Shown here piece after piece: positions 25,038-37,817 of a DNA stretch of 64,000 nucleotides; positions within the stretch are counted from its first letter, which is position 1, and each line of letters begins with the position of its first letter. Made by a program: the position numbers and the translations under genes. The stretch spans positions 8,680,001 to 8,744,000 of the forward strand of contig OZ059896.1 in assembly GCA_964057225.1 (NCBI GenBank). The letters run 5' to 3'. Below the pieces are notes generated by a model. It made no database searches and was not told the DNA's origin. It saw nothing but the letters and a program-made list of their open reading frames with translations. The DNA is from Auanema rhodensis. Taxonomy: Eukaryota > Animalia > Nematoda.

Positions 25038-28000
25038 ATGACACTACTAGCAGCAAGTTGTGAAGGTACTGGTTTAAATCCCATGTCCTTTAATGACCAT
25101 CATGGGAATCTGGGTATGCTTTTTTATATTCATTTCTACATTTCACAAATAAATATTTAGTACTGGATCGATTACGCTACCAAAGGGAAACTGGACGTTT
25201 CTGCGATGTTTCTATAGTCGTTAAGGATAAGCAATTTTGTGCTCATAGAAATATCTTAGCATCTTGCAGTCCTTATTTTGATTCTATATTTAAAGCAACT
25301 AAAGTAACTAAAGAACAGGTGTGTATTTGATTAAGTGTTTAATATTATTTAACTCATATAGGTCATTGTAAATTCAAATTCTCCTAAAGCATTCGAATTA
25401 TTGCTTAATTATATGTATAGTGGAAGTGTCGTTATTGATCGTTCAGCGGTTACTGAACTGTTAAGACTTGCCAATAATTTCCTGGTATTTCATTTTTTAA
25501 TAATAATATGATATTTCATTTTTTTCTCAGGTAACCAAGCTAAAAAGCTATTGCGCGGAATACTTGGATAGATATTTAGACGCTGCTAACTGTCTTTCTG
25601 TGAAAGGTTTAGCTACAAAATATAATTTACCACGATTATTAAAGGTTTTTACATATGGTATTATGATTTCTCTAAATTAACTCTTTAAGGCTGCGAATGA
25701 TTTCTTTGATGTTAATATTAATCGATGTCTTCTCGAGTCTGTAGATATTCTTCAATATACTATAAGCCATCTCACTAGTGTATTAGAAGATCCTAAATAT
25801 CAAGATGTTATCAATCCTGATGTTCATTTGAGGTAATTGTCTTAATTTTTTGAAAATGTATTACTGACACGAGTTTTGCGTTTTTGCTATTATGTTATTA
25901 ACCTTTACAATATTTGATATTTTTAGGCTTGTTATTCGTTGGATTGAAGTCGATATATCTGCTCGGGAAGGATATTTCAGACAATTATTGGATGCTTGCA
26001 ATATACGACAAGTAAATTTTTTCTCCCAACTTCATTTTTTCTGTTCATTTTTAGATCTCTACCAGTACCTTAGAAGATATTATAGACTACTCCTCTTTAT
26101 TGAAAGATAATCATAGGAATAGGCATTATCTATTAACTACTATGTAATGTTTTTACCAACATACATTTTTTATTTTGTTTTCTTAAGGCAAAAATTGGGA
26201 CTTCCTTTCGACAAATATCAACAACAATTAGTTGCATTAACCCAGCAGTTTGGTGATAATCCATTACCGGCAAAAGTTGTCCATGAAGAAGAAGCATTTG
26301 AGGAGGAATCTGGGTAATTTACATTTTATACAGACAACATTATTATTTTCATTTAGCGAAGATGATGTTGAAGACGAGGAAATGGAGGAGAGTCCTGTTG
26401 AAGGACAACCAGTGCCTAGTGAAATTGTAGTTGTTAATTTTTAAATATTGTAAAAAGTGTTTATTTTCCAGTTGGAAACGCCTGAAGCCGATGACGATGG
26501 AGGAGAAAAACCAAGGTTACGGCTAAAAATCAGTTTAGGAGCCTTTTCAGAAAGAAAAAAGTTAGTAAACTTTGGAAGCGCATCTTAATGTATATAATTA
26601 TAGAAGTAGAGGGGGAGAGAACAAACTCTTTCGAAGAGCAATTGCCAATTCTTATCAGAAAAAACGCGGAAGACCACCGAAAGAAACTCAAGGAAATGAC
26701 AGTAATGATTGAAAACTGTTTTGTTTCTAAATTTCTGTTTATAGTACTTCCAATCATGGACGATGAAGATATTGATGGAGTATATGCAACATCCACCCTT
26801 GAAGGACACGCAGTTACATATACTGAAGAAGATTTCTTAGATCCAGAAGAAGTAGACGATGGAGAAGACAACCCGGTATATATTTTTTCAACTTGTTATT
26901 TAGTTTGTGTTCACATATGTTTCAACGTTATATTTTAAAGGTGGAAAATGGTACATACAAATGCGGATTTTGCCGTTTTGCTTGTGTATTGGATGAGGTA
27001 AGAGCAATTTTAACAGAAGGCTATTTATTTATTGTTTTCTAGGACCTTGAAAAGCATCGTGCTCGTTCACATAACCGAAACACTATTTATTTATGCCAAC
27101 TTTGTGACTTTGATGCGCTTTGGAGTAAGCAATTCTTCGAGCATTGTCGCAAATCACATTGGGTAATTTCTTATATTTGGCTTTGAGTATATTTTGTTTT
27201 AGACTTCACCGCCTTACAACTGTGATCAATGTTCTTTTGTGGCTCCTAATAGGATTCAAGATTTGTTATGTCATCGATTAACACACAGTTAATTTTCTTC
27301 TATTGTTTAAAATTTATTGTATTTTATTGCAGCCCAAGAGAGATTCTTCAAGTGCGCAGAATGTGGGTTTAGATCTCGTACTAGAACACAGTTGTGGGCT
27401 CATGAACGTATGCATAGCTGGTTAGTTTTTGTTTTTTGCTTTCATGAGAACAACAAATAATTTCATATAAATGTTTTTTATTTGATATTTAGTTTGGATG
27501 ATCGTGCAATGCATTGCGAAGAGTGTGGTCGTGGGTTTAATAATGAAGCTTCTCTTCAAGTTCACCAGTCCACACATGACGAGCCTAGGTACTTATTTTT
27601 ACAAAATTATGCATCATGTTTCCAAATAGAACATTTGTCTGTGATGATTGTGGTTTTGCCTCTAACAACATTGATCATTTGAATGTTCATCGAAAGCAAC
27701 ATACTGGAGATCTTTGCTATTGTCATATTGGTCAGTTTATTTACTGATAATTTCTGGAATATAATATAAAAATATTTAAGAGGGCTGTGACTACGTTTCA
27801 CCAAAGAAGAGTCAATTGGCAGCTCATTTGCGAACACATATGGCGGTACGATCACACATGTGCAAGGTGTTTATATGTTACATTATATTGTTAACTGTAT
27901 TTGTTTTTAGATGTGCGGTCGAGGCTTTATTGAGAAATCTCATTTGGTTCGTCATGAACGTATTCATTTAACTGATAAACCATTTAAATGTGATATGTGC

Positions 28001-28856
28001 GATTATGCTTCAAGTAGAAGAGATAAATTGAAGGTATCTTAGATCTCACATTCATTATTAATATATTTCTTCTAGGAACATATTCTGAAGCATCATAATG
28101 GTAACTCCACCGGTACTAAGGGACATCGGCGGCGATACAGAAGAGCTCGACAATTAGCTGTTTTGACAGCTCAAGTATGTTGAAATATTTCGTTTTATTA
28201 TTATTTGCATATCTTCAGGCTAAACTAACTCCACAGGATGCATTATTCCGACCTATTCCTGCCTCAGAAAGTGTTTCCCAATGGGCTGAATCTCAAGCAA
28301 CATTTGGTCAAGCAGAAACATCTAGAACGTTTGATCAATCAGATCCTCAAGCTTCTTACCAGAACTCCGATCCTCAATCCTCATATCAACAAATAGAGCC
28401 TTCGACATCTTACCAATCCGTAAGTATGAGAATGATAGTGCATTATTTCATCTAAACATTCAGAACCAGGGAGAAACTTCAAATTTCTCTCCTCAAAGAG
28501 CATTTTCGGTCACTCATCAGCCTCCTCAAGCAATGGCTTCCTTGTCACCGGGGTCCATGTCTTTGATGAATGTTCATTTAGGTGGCTCTGATCTCATGGA
28601 TAAGCACAACATATCAGATCCACTGGCATCCCCCTTAGTTACACCTTCTCCCAGGTAATTCTTAGTTATTTAGTTTTTTAACAAACTTTTGATTTCTAGT
28701 TCTCCGTTACGATCAAATATTTTTATGGATTCTCATATGAATAATGTTGATGAAATCTCGAATATGCCTCCAGAAGCAATACATAGACCAATGAGTCTTC
28801 CTCCTTACGGACAGCAGCAGAGTCAGCAGCATATACAGCAAAGCCACTGGTGGTAA
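25038..28856 (+). CDS. eor-1: BTB/BACK plus C2H2 zinc-finger transcription factor EOR-1
   Basis: [35 protein letters not shown]; AT-hook KKRGRPPK; multiple C2H2 fingers including [18 protein letters not shown] and [19 protein letters not shown]; RPMSLPPY tail. Confidence 0.9.
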
Positions 28857-31310
28857 AAATTATTATTATGAATTTTTAAACTATAGTCTTCAACTTTTAA
28901 TCTGAGTTATTTTATACTTCCATTATCATTCTTTCTCCCCATTTCACACTTGATAATATACCGGACTTCATTGAACATCTCACTATTTGATCTTCATAAA
29001 CCCCATGAAGTCATTTGAATGAAGTTACCTCAAACAACAATGTGATTTTTTTTAAAAAACTGCCTTTTATGTAATTACAGACATAAGACAAATCAGTATC
29101 TAGTCTAGTTTTAACTTCATCCCAATTATTCATTATTCGTAATTATGTATCTTCTGTAACACCTTTTGCTTTCGATAATATTTCGGAACTAACAATGTTT
29201 TGATTTTCCTAGCTCTCTGAAATGTTTGTTCCCTTGCACCATACCCTTCATATATATTATTTAGAACTCCATTGTTTGTTTCTGGCTGTTTTTGACATTC
29301 TTACCTTTTATGGTTTATCCAGTATACGATGGTGGTTCTTTTTGATTTTTGTATATTTATGTTTTATCGTTAGCATGTCACTAACAATCGATGTATATAC
29401 TATGGCAGGTTCATATGTTTCCTTGAGTCAAGTTTCAGTGACAATAATAAAAGGCATAATTTTTTCTTCGACTTATTGCTATTAGAGAGACAGAGATGTC
29501 CACGGCCTGTCAAGTATTCCGTTTCCCCGTAATAAGCTAGACATGTTTCTTAATGAGATGACTAGGATGACAGGGTTCAGTGCTCTTCTTCCTTTTGGCT
29601 TTGCACCCAACTCAGTTTACCAATTCCAAAAATGGGAGGAGATTTGTATCGCTGCTTATACCATACTCATTGGTAGTTGTGTGTTTGTCGTCCGTCGGCA
29701 GGCCGAAAGATATTATGAAAACTGCTAGTATGTAAGTGCTTTGTTATTCGAATGGAACATTTCCGCCCATCTATTCCATTGATTAAGTTGTATTTTCTAT
29801 TGTTTATACTTCAAATTATAAGGTTTTAAGAGAAGAAACAAAATCATTGGTCTGGTTGGTTTTCCTTTGCTCTTTGATTCGTTTTTCATTTCTCTTGAGA
29901 TGTATGTTTTCTAATTAACAAGTAAGGTGTTTCTCTACACTCAAATGTATTCATTATGATTTATCATCAAAAGTTTATGAATCCTTGAAAATGTTAATAG
30001 TTTTCATTTATACTCAAGAAGGATACCTCTTTTTTCAGAAGTCCGTCTCGCTTCATTTATCTTTCAAAATCCATCTTACGTTTCGTTTTACATGAATATG
30101 AAATGCTGTGATCAAATGATTTCAACCTTTCTAATAACTCTGCAGCATGAATAGTGCTCAACTTGAAACTTGGTTTTAGTCTCATTCGGATTTTCTCAGA
30201 GTAAAGTAATACTATAAAATTAATTCTCATTTTTTACAACGTGTATAAACGATTCGCTTCTATTTACACCTTTCAGTTTTCAGTTCACGAACTATTCAAA
30301 AGTTCCGGAAATAACAGAATAACTATGAAATAAGTTTTCTATATTTCGATTGTTACCTAATTTTATACGGTCTTTGGTCTATCCATAATCAGCAACCTTA
30401 ACTTTGGAAACAAGGCATGTAAATATATATTTGCTCTTGTGCTTGAATCATCATTGCTTTTTATTGAAGCCTTTTAAAGTCTTTAGACAAAGTTCTAATT
30501 ACATTTATGTGAACTTTAGCACATTTACAATTGAAGGGCCGTTTCATTCTGATCGGTTCCCTGAATCTGATGTCTCTTGATTCGAACAACTGCAATTTCC
30601 TTTTCAAGTTTCTGACGCCATGCTCTTAGTTCTCTCCTAGTTTAAGAGGATTTTATGCAAGTATTTCGCCGATCTGTCTGTGCTGTTCACTTAATTGGCA
30701 ACGGCAAAATGTTTCAAATTAAGATGAAACAATTCTGAATATGAAATTCTGTAGCTCTCGACCCAGGTGTAAAATTCGGTTGAATGCACTGCAATTATTT
30801 GAACGGGGTAGGGACTATGCATACATATACATATGGGCACATGGAAGAATTTAAAAGTAGATGAATAGGTTCCAATTTTTTTCTCAGCTTACCCACCTTT
30901 TCCCTATTTGGTTTGTTGTCTCTTTCAATAGCTATGGTTTTCTTGTTTGAAATTATTTTCGGATTATTTCTGTAATATTTTGACCAATTTCTATTGTTGT
31001 TTCATCAATAGATCTTTGAACAAAGCTCAAGTCGAAATTCTCTTTATATTTTTTATTGTTTTATATAACATGAAAAAGGACGTGGAAAAATAGTATCTCA
31101 TTTTTGAAATTCGTGAAAAATTCGTTTTCTCTTCTGATGTTCTAATACCCATTACATACATGTTCATAACCTGCTAATATCTTTTTATTTTCTGTTGTAT
31201 TTTGGCTATTTTAATTATGTAAGTCTGTTATATTGAATACTTGACTAAAAAATGTTTTATATTGTCTTTTTTATTAAGCGTTTCCTACTAGTCATCATAA
31301 AGTGAAAGTA

Positions 31311-34300
31311 ATGCTCAGCAGGTGGTTATTGACAGAACGAGATAATAAAACTTGGTTAGGATGCACAATTTTTCTACAATGGCTTCTCATTCTGATTACT
31401 TTTTCAACAAATGTTCAGGCTGGAAGTAAGTTTTAAGATATATAAATAGCCTTACCTATTACAATCTATTGCTTTCTGAATAATACATAATAATTATATA
31501 GGCATGCATGTTCATATGCATGGATTTAAGAAAGAAGTAGAAAAACAGAGCCCTATGACTTAATTATACTGTTCTTTGTGTCCCTTTTCATGAAAAGTTG
31601 GAGGGTGATTTGTTTTTAAAGAATTTTTGGTCAACATTCCTTGCCCAAAGGTTTCCGTTCGAAACGGAGCTATATATGAAAACTAAGAATGACCAAGATT
31701 ATTCATAGGCAAAAGAACCTGGCTGAGAAATACTTCAGGCTAATAAGTAAAAAAAATCCAAAATAGTATTCGTGTTGCTTTTATCATGTAATATTATTTA
31801 AGGAGAAGCTTTAATGGATGATAAAGGAGAATTTCTGCCACACATACGACTAGCAAAAGATCTAACTGATCCAAGAAGGTTAATAGATAACGAGGATTTA
31901 AATTAAATTTCATAACCTTTAGATATGATCCTCGAGTTCGACCTACAGTAAATCATTCCATTCCAACTCAAGTTTCATTCTCTATGAGTTTATATCAAAT
32001 TCTAGCAATTGTATGTGAATAGTCAAAATTTCATTCAACCTATTTGCGCTAATTTGAATTCTAAATTTCAGAATGAAAAGCAACAAAATGTGGATTTGAA
32101 TGTTTGGGTAATTCAAAAATGGAAAGATGATTTTCTTGGATGGAATCCTTATCTTTATGGAATGATTAATACAACAATTCTGCCATATCAAGTCATTTGG
32201 TTACCAGATACTTACTTATATAACAGGTAGTTTTACTATAATGCAATAAATTTCAATAAGAAAAACAATAAAACATGAAAATAAATCCTATTTGTCTGTG
32301 TGTTTTAGAAATATTGTCGTTTGCTGGAGAAACTCTTTAGTCACTTTTGTTCTGACAAATGACAAATGAGAATTTATTATAACCTACATAGGCAAAAAGA
32401 AATTTATTTAGAATTGATTCTCTTTCATAAAATGTTTTTTTCCAGTGTTGTTATGAACCGGGAAGAAACTGAACGCTACATTAATGTTGTTGTTACTACA
32501 AATTTTTGGAAAGGCGAACGTGGTGCAGAAATTAAATTTATGTATCCTGCTCTATACAGAACTAGTTGTTTACTTGATATAAGGTTTTGAACAACATCTA
32601 ATATTACCGCATTGTTTCTTTTTTCTTTTTTTTAAGATTTTTCCCTTATGATCAACAAATTTGTAAGCTTACTATAAGTTCATGGACATCCTCCAAAAGT
32701 GATATTGATTACATGGCCGAATTTTCCAGCGTTAATCTAGATAATTTTTTACCAAATGAAGAATGGGTTGTAATCAGCTTTGATATAAATAGAGTAGAGG
32801 TATGTCTGTCAAATATGAAAATTTTTAAAAAATTTTCCAAAACATCAAAATTCAATTTTTAGAACTTTTGTCTAAATTACTTGAAAACACAAAAGTTCAT
32901 ATAATAACTTATATATATTTTTTTAGATAATAATAAATTATTTTCAGCAAAAATTCGTTTGCTGTCCTGAACCATGGGTTTTGTTGGAAGCATCTTTGAT
33001 TGTTCGTAGAAAACCGTTGTACTATATTGTTAACCTTGTAATTCCTACATCTGTTATTACAATGGTAGCTGTAACTGGATTTTTCACTGCTGCTTCTACC
33101 AGTTCAGAAAGGTTGAATTGATCAACTGCCGAAAATTCAACATATAATACTTTTAAGGAGGGAAAAACTTTCATTGGGAATTGATTCTCTGCTAGCTATG
33201 TCTATTCTGATGATGATGGTCTCAGAGCAGATGCCTACAACAAGTGATTATGTACCATTGTTTGGTAAATACATAGATAGAAGTGTATCAAAAACTTTAT
33301 AATTACATTTAGGATTATTCTATTTAACTATTATATTGTTAATTTTCGTTGGCACTATATTTACTGCTTTTATACTCAATGTACATTTACAAAAAATGTA
33401 TTCAAAGCCTGTCCCTCCAGCTATTTCATACTTTTTTTTCGCAAAAGTAATTTAATTTCCATACTAGTCAATAATCATATTTTTAAATTAAGATTGCACG
33501 TTGGCTACGCATGACCGCACCAACTATGCTTCTTGAACTTTGGGATGAGACAGGTGTGAAATTCGGCGACGTAGCAAAGAAGAGGAGAATACTACATCAG
33601 TCCACTGTATGTTGCTGAATTAAATTTTTATAGCCCAAATCCATTAAGCAAAGGTTTTTTGTGTTTTAGAAACAGAAGAGGCTGATTCCCAGTGTTTCCA
33701 AATGTGAATTATTAACAAAAGATACTTCAAAGTCATCCATTCGATCAGCACTAGACAACAATCCAATATCATACATAAGAGGGTAATAGACAATTATCAA
33801 TAGACAGTTTCACATCTATTTTTAATTTAAGATCGAGAGCGGAGGAGATTACGCAATCGACAGCTAGAAATAACTGGCAACGCTTAGCTGCTAAAGCAAC
33901 TGGCAAAACCTTTGGAAATACTGATGAATTAACAAGTAATAAACACAGCAAACAATTTTTTCATATAACCTTATTCTTATTCAGGCAACATACCGGAGCA
34001 ACTGAAAATTACAACAAGACACTCAATAATCAGCGGTGCTCCAAGCGAGCGTGTTCCGCCTCCAATCATGCACTGTGTTTCTGCTCTATCTGCCACAGAA
34101 AACTCTTTGTTGGAATCAAAATTAAAAAGAAGGTAAGGAAATTTTGTTTGATTACTTAGATAAATTTTAATCGTTACAGATATGCATTGGAATGGGAATA
34201 TCTGGCTACTGTATTGGATAGACTACTTCTAATAATCTTCTCCCTTCTAGTTTTCTTTGTTACGTTACTAATGATTGTGGTCGGAGAAGCAATGCACTTA

Positions 34301-34348
34301 TCATATGAGATTCAGAACAAGCTCCAACAAAACCAATTTGAAAGTTAA
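31311..34348 (+). CDS. Nicotinic acetylcholine receptor alpha-type subunit, DEG-3 subfamily (possibly acr-17-like)
   Basis: Signal peptide; YDPRVRP, WLPDTYLYN, Cys loop CLLDIRFFPYDQQIC, loop C FVCCPEPW (FxCC typical of the DEG-3 group), RRKPLYY, M2 EKLSLGIDSLLAMS, EWEYLATVLDR-M4. Confidence 0.92.
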
Positions 34349-34811
34349 GCTAGAAAATAGCACGGTTAACAGTTCTTCACTTTTTATTCTCCTGATAGGA
34401 AACACCTTTGATCAAAAAAATTAGACTATATTTGATTTTCATAATATAAAAACCTGCTTTATTAAAACAAAAGTTAAAATTTGGTTTTTATGGCGGCTCA
34501 ATCATAGCAATTTTCTTAATGAATACTGATGAACTATCTTTGCCATACTACAAGCATTGAAAGCTGATTTTGCTGTTTTGATTCATATTATCTCATTGTC
34601 AATCTAATAAGATGATTATTATTTAATAAATGGTTTTTAATTCAACGCCCAATAAGAAATTTTATAGAGGTTTTGAATAAAGGTTTGGAATGTACGGACG
34701 TATTGCGTGGGAGGTGTTTTGTTTACTTTCTTATAAGCAATCATATACAATATATGGTTTATGACTGATAAGCCTTTACTCTTCTCTGCATATTGATCGT
34801 GTCGAAGGAAC

Positions 34812-35349
34812 ATGACCCGCTTCGTTACTTTTCTCATCTCTTTATTAAGTTTTAGTGTATATTGTAAGTTTTCTAATTTATTAAATAACATCATTGCTAT
34901 CCTCTTAGTAAGTTTCGCGATTGAGTGTCAAACATGTGATGAAGAAGCGTGCCAGGATAGCACGAGATGGGTGATTGAAACTTGTCCTCCACGAACACGA
35001 ATGTGTTATAGATTTACAACAGGATACGGAAAAGGTACTTAATGATTAAAGTTCAACGATATGTATATGTATTTAGTGTTCCGCCGAGGATGTGCAAACT
35101 ACGATTGTCAGACCATTCCTGGTTTACCTGAAGGTTCCACATGCAACACATGCGATTCGGACAGGTGATTTTCTTACTCCGATCCTGTCATAATGCCAGA
35201 TTCCTGCAGAATTATTGTAAAAAAAATATTTCAGATGCAACGGGTATGTTCCTCATCGAGGAAGTCATGGAGCCGGAGATGTCTGGAATGCAGCAACCTC
35301 GTCGCTACATGCTTTTATCGCGCCGATTCTTTTCATAATTCTAGCATAA
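34812..35349 (+). CDS. Secreted, probably GPI-anchored Ly6/uPAR (three-finger) protein
   Basis: Four exons: signal peptide, IECQTCDEEAC...TC...MCY...RGC...DC...TCNTCDSDRCN (10 Cys ending in CN), then NAATSS plus hydrophobic AFIAPILFIILA*. Confidence 0.75.
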
Positions 35350-35598
35350 AAAAATTATTTTCATTATTCTTGCGGTGTTACGTAATATTTCTCAATCTTT
35401 TTATTTATGGTTGTTGTTTTAATATCTTGAAACCTTTTTTTATAAATACTTATGTTTTGCATATAACAGGTTCTGAGTATAACGTACGCAACAGTAGTTC
35501 TAGTAAATATCATGCTCTAATTTCATTCTACTGTTATTTACAATTTGCTGTAACAAGGTGGCTATGAAATTTAAAGCATAATATTTAGTTTTATTAAG

Positions 35599-37681
35599 AT
35601 GCTGAGTGATATTAAAAAACGTGAAACTAAAGAGTTCGAAAGTAAAGAAGGTGAACGGAAATCGGGTAAGAATAATTGTTATTGTTAATAACTTTGAAAT
35701 TATAGTGAAACTTTTGAACTGGACATCAAGAGGAATAAGTTGTCAAGGTGGCATTCGCCGCTACTTTTTTTCACCGGAAGCTCTGAATGAAAATTTAGAA
35801 TCATGTCTTCATTCCAAATTATTTGCTTTCGAAAACCGGGTTTGGAGTAATCTTTCTGTACTATCAGAGCTTTTGTTTCCAGTATGGAATTGTGTATTCC
35901 GATGAGTTGGTGGAGCTCTTTAATAACAGTATTCAAGAAATGAATCCAGTTGTTAAATTTCTTTTTGATAACGGAGATATGCCATCTGGCCGAGATATTA
36001 GTTTGTGTTAATTTTTTTTAAATATTGTACTCGCTAACATTTCAGTGAACGTTTGTAAAATGGATGCTAAATTTAATGTCTTAGCTTTAGTCGACTTATC
36101 ACTTATTCTCGGAGAAGTCTGGATGCTAATATTTTTATAAGTAGTGTCTAGTATTTAGATCGAGGAAACTAAAGAGATATTAAAACAATTAAAGAGAAGA
36201 AGTGATTTGTTTGATTGTTTATGGCACACAGATAACTGTAAGCATTTTCTTCATTTTATTAATATTATTACTAGCATTCGATAGGTTCTTCAATTCAAGA
36301 CTCACTGTTTTCTTATTTAACCATGATTAGCTTCAAAGCTAATTCTCGCTTCAAATCGCAAATAATTATGTCAAGAATAGTGTGTGATCTAATGCGTAGT
36401 CCTAATGCGAGAGCAATGGGAATTGCAACTCTATTTGAGGAAGGGTTGTACCTGTAAGAAATTAACATTCTCAAATATATCTTATTTTTAATTTTAGGGA
36501 TGCTTATATAATGTCTGCTGTTTTTGCTTCGAAAGATCTACATCAAAAAATAAAATGCCTGGTGGAATCAAAATTGGGTAATCTTTTACCTAATATGGCA
36601 TTTTTGAAGTAGGATTTAACTTTTCATTTTTTCATATACATTTCAAGTATTCTCAGTTCTCTCGAGAATTTTAAACCGGAAATGATAAGTGAAACCTCAC
36701 TTATTTCTAAGTTAACTAATTTAGAACCAGTTAGTTTTCACACTACTTTTAACAGTAATTTTTTTTTTTAGGTTTTGGCATATCGCTTTATTAAAATTTT
36801 TTCCACCGTTCTAGAAAATGAGAACGTGAACTTGGAAACTTTGATTGTTAGTTTTCGCATTAGGAATTGAATAATTATAGAATCTAAGGCTGGTAGAGTC
36901 AGCATTTCATCGTTATTCCAAACAATTCTTCTATCTGCCATTATCAAGGAAGATTTGAGCACGGCTCGCTTGATATTACATGATTTCTGGTCTAGCATCT
37001 CTGATTCTGTTTTATGCGATATGTTCGTGAAATTGGAACGAGTGTACTTTCGAGTACGATTATTGTACTAAAATCTTTGTACATTGTTTATTTTAGCAAG
37101 TCTTTCAAATTTTATGCGACACAGTAGAAATAATGAACCATATAACGAAATCAAAAACCACCTCAAGAAGTGTTATGTTCGATTATTCTAATAGCGGTAA
37201 GCGATTATCTTCTTTTCGGAACTAAGAAATGCTTTTAGGTTTATTAGGATCATTTGTAACTTTATGGCTTGAAAAAGGATGGCTCTGTGGCGATGTTAAC
37301 AACAATAATAATCAAACTCTAGTAGTAACTTCCACATCTATATTACAGAAATTTACTTCTTTAACTCAGGTTTTTTTTGTATTTGTCTGAAATCTATAAT
37401 GTATAATGTTGTTCAGGATCCTAAATTGAAATTTTGCATTAATTTCGCTTTGAGTATAATACGTCAGGAATCGTTTCCCATTAAAACAGAGCTTTCAGCT
37501 TTACAAATGGATGAAAATGAGAAAATTTATGCAATTTTCTTGTTACGAAAAAGTTCGTGAACATATATTTTAAAAAATATTCATATGATATTTTATAGAT
37601 TTTGTAAACCCTCTACCAGATAATGAAACTAGCCAAGCTGTATTTGAAAAACTTAATAGTGTTTTGTTGAATAATTTATGA
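35599..37681 (+). CDS. Multi-exon Leu-rich, probably helical protein of unknown function
   Basis: ATG after TTAAG; regularly spaced short GT-AG introns; ends VFEKLNSVLLNNL*; no domain recognised. Confidence 0.6.
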
Positions 37682-37817
37682 ATCTTGAGGTTATTGCATG
37701 TCTTGCTATGTTTTTGACTATCGATACAAATCAGAATACAACTGAATAAAAGTTTAATTATTGTTATAAGAGATTATAATTGAAGAGAACTTGTAAAATC
37801 AAATACTCGTGTTTTTT

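Noticed and set aside
29222-29760. Short ORFs in the eor-1 to nAChR spacer
   Set aside because: No coherent splice chain or homology; more likely regulatory DNA
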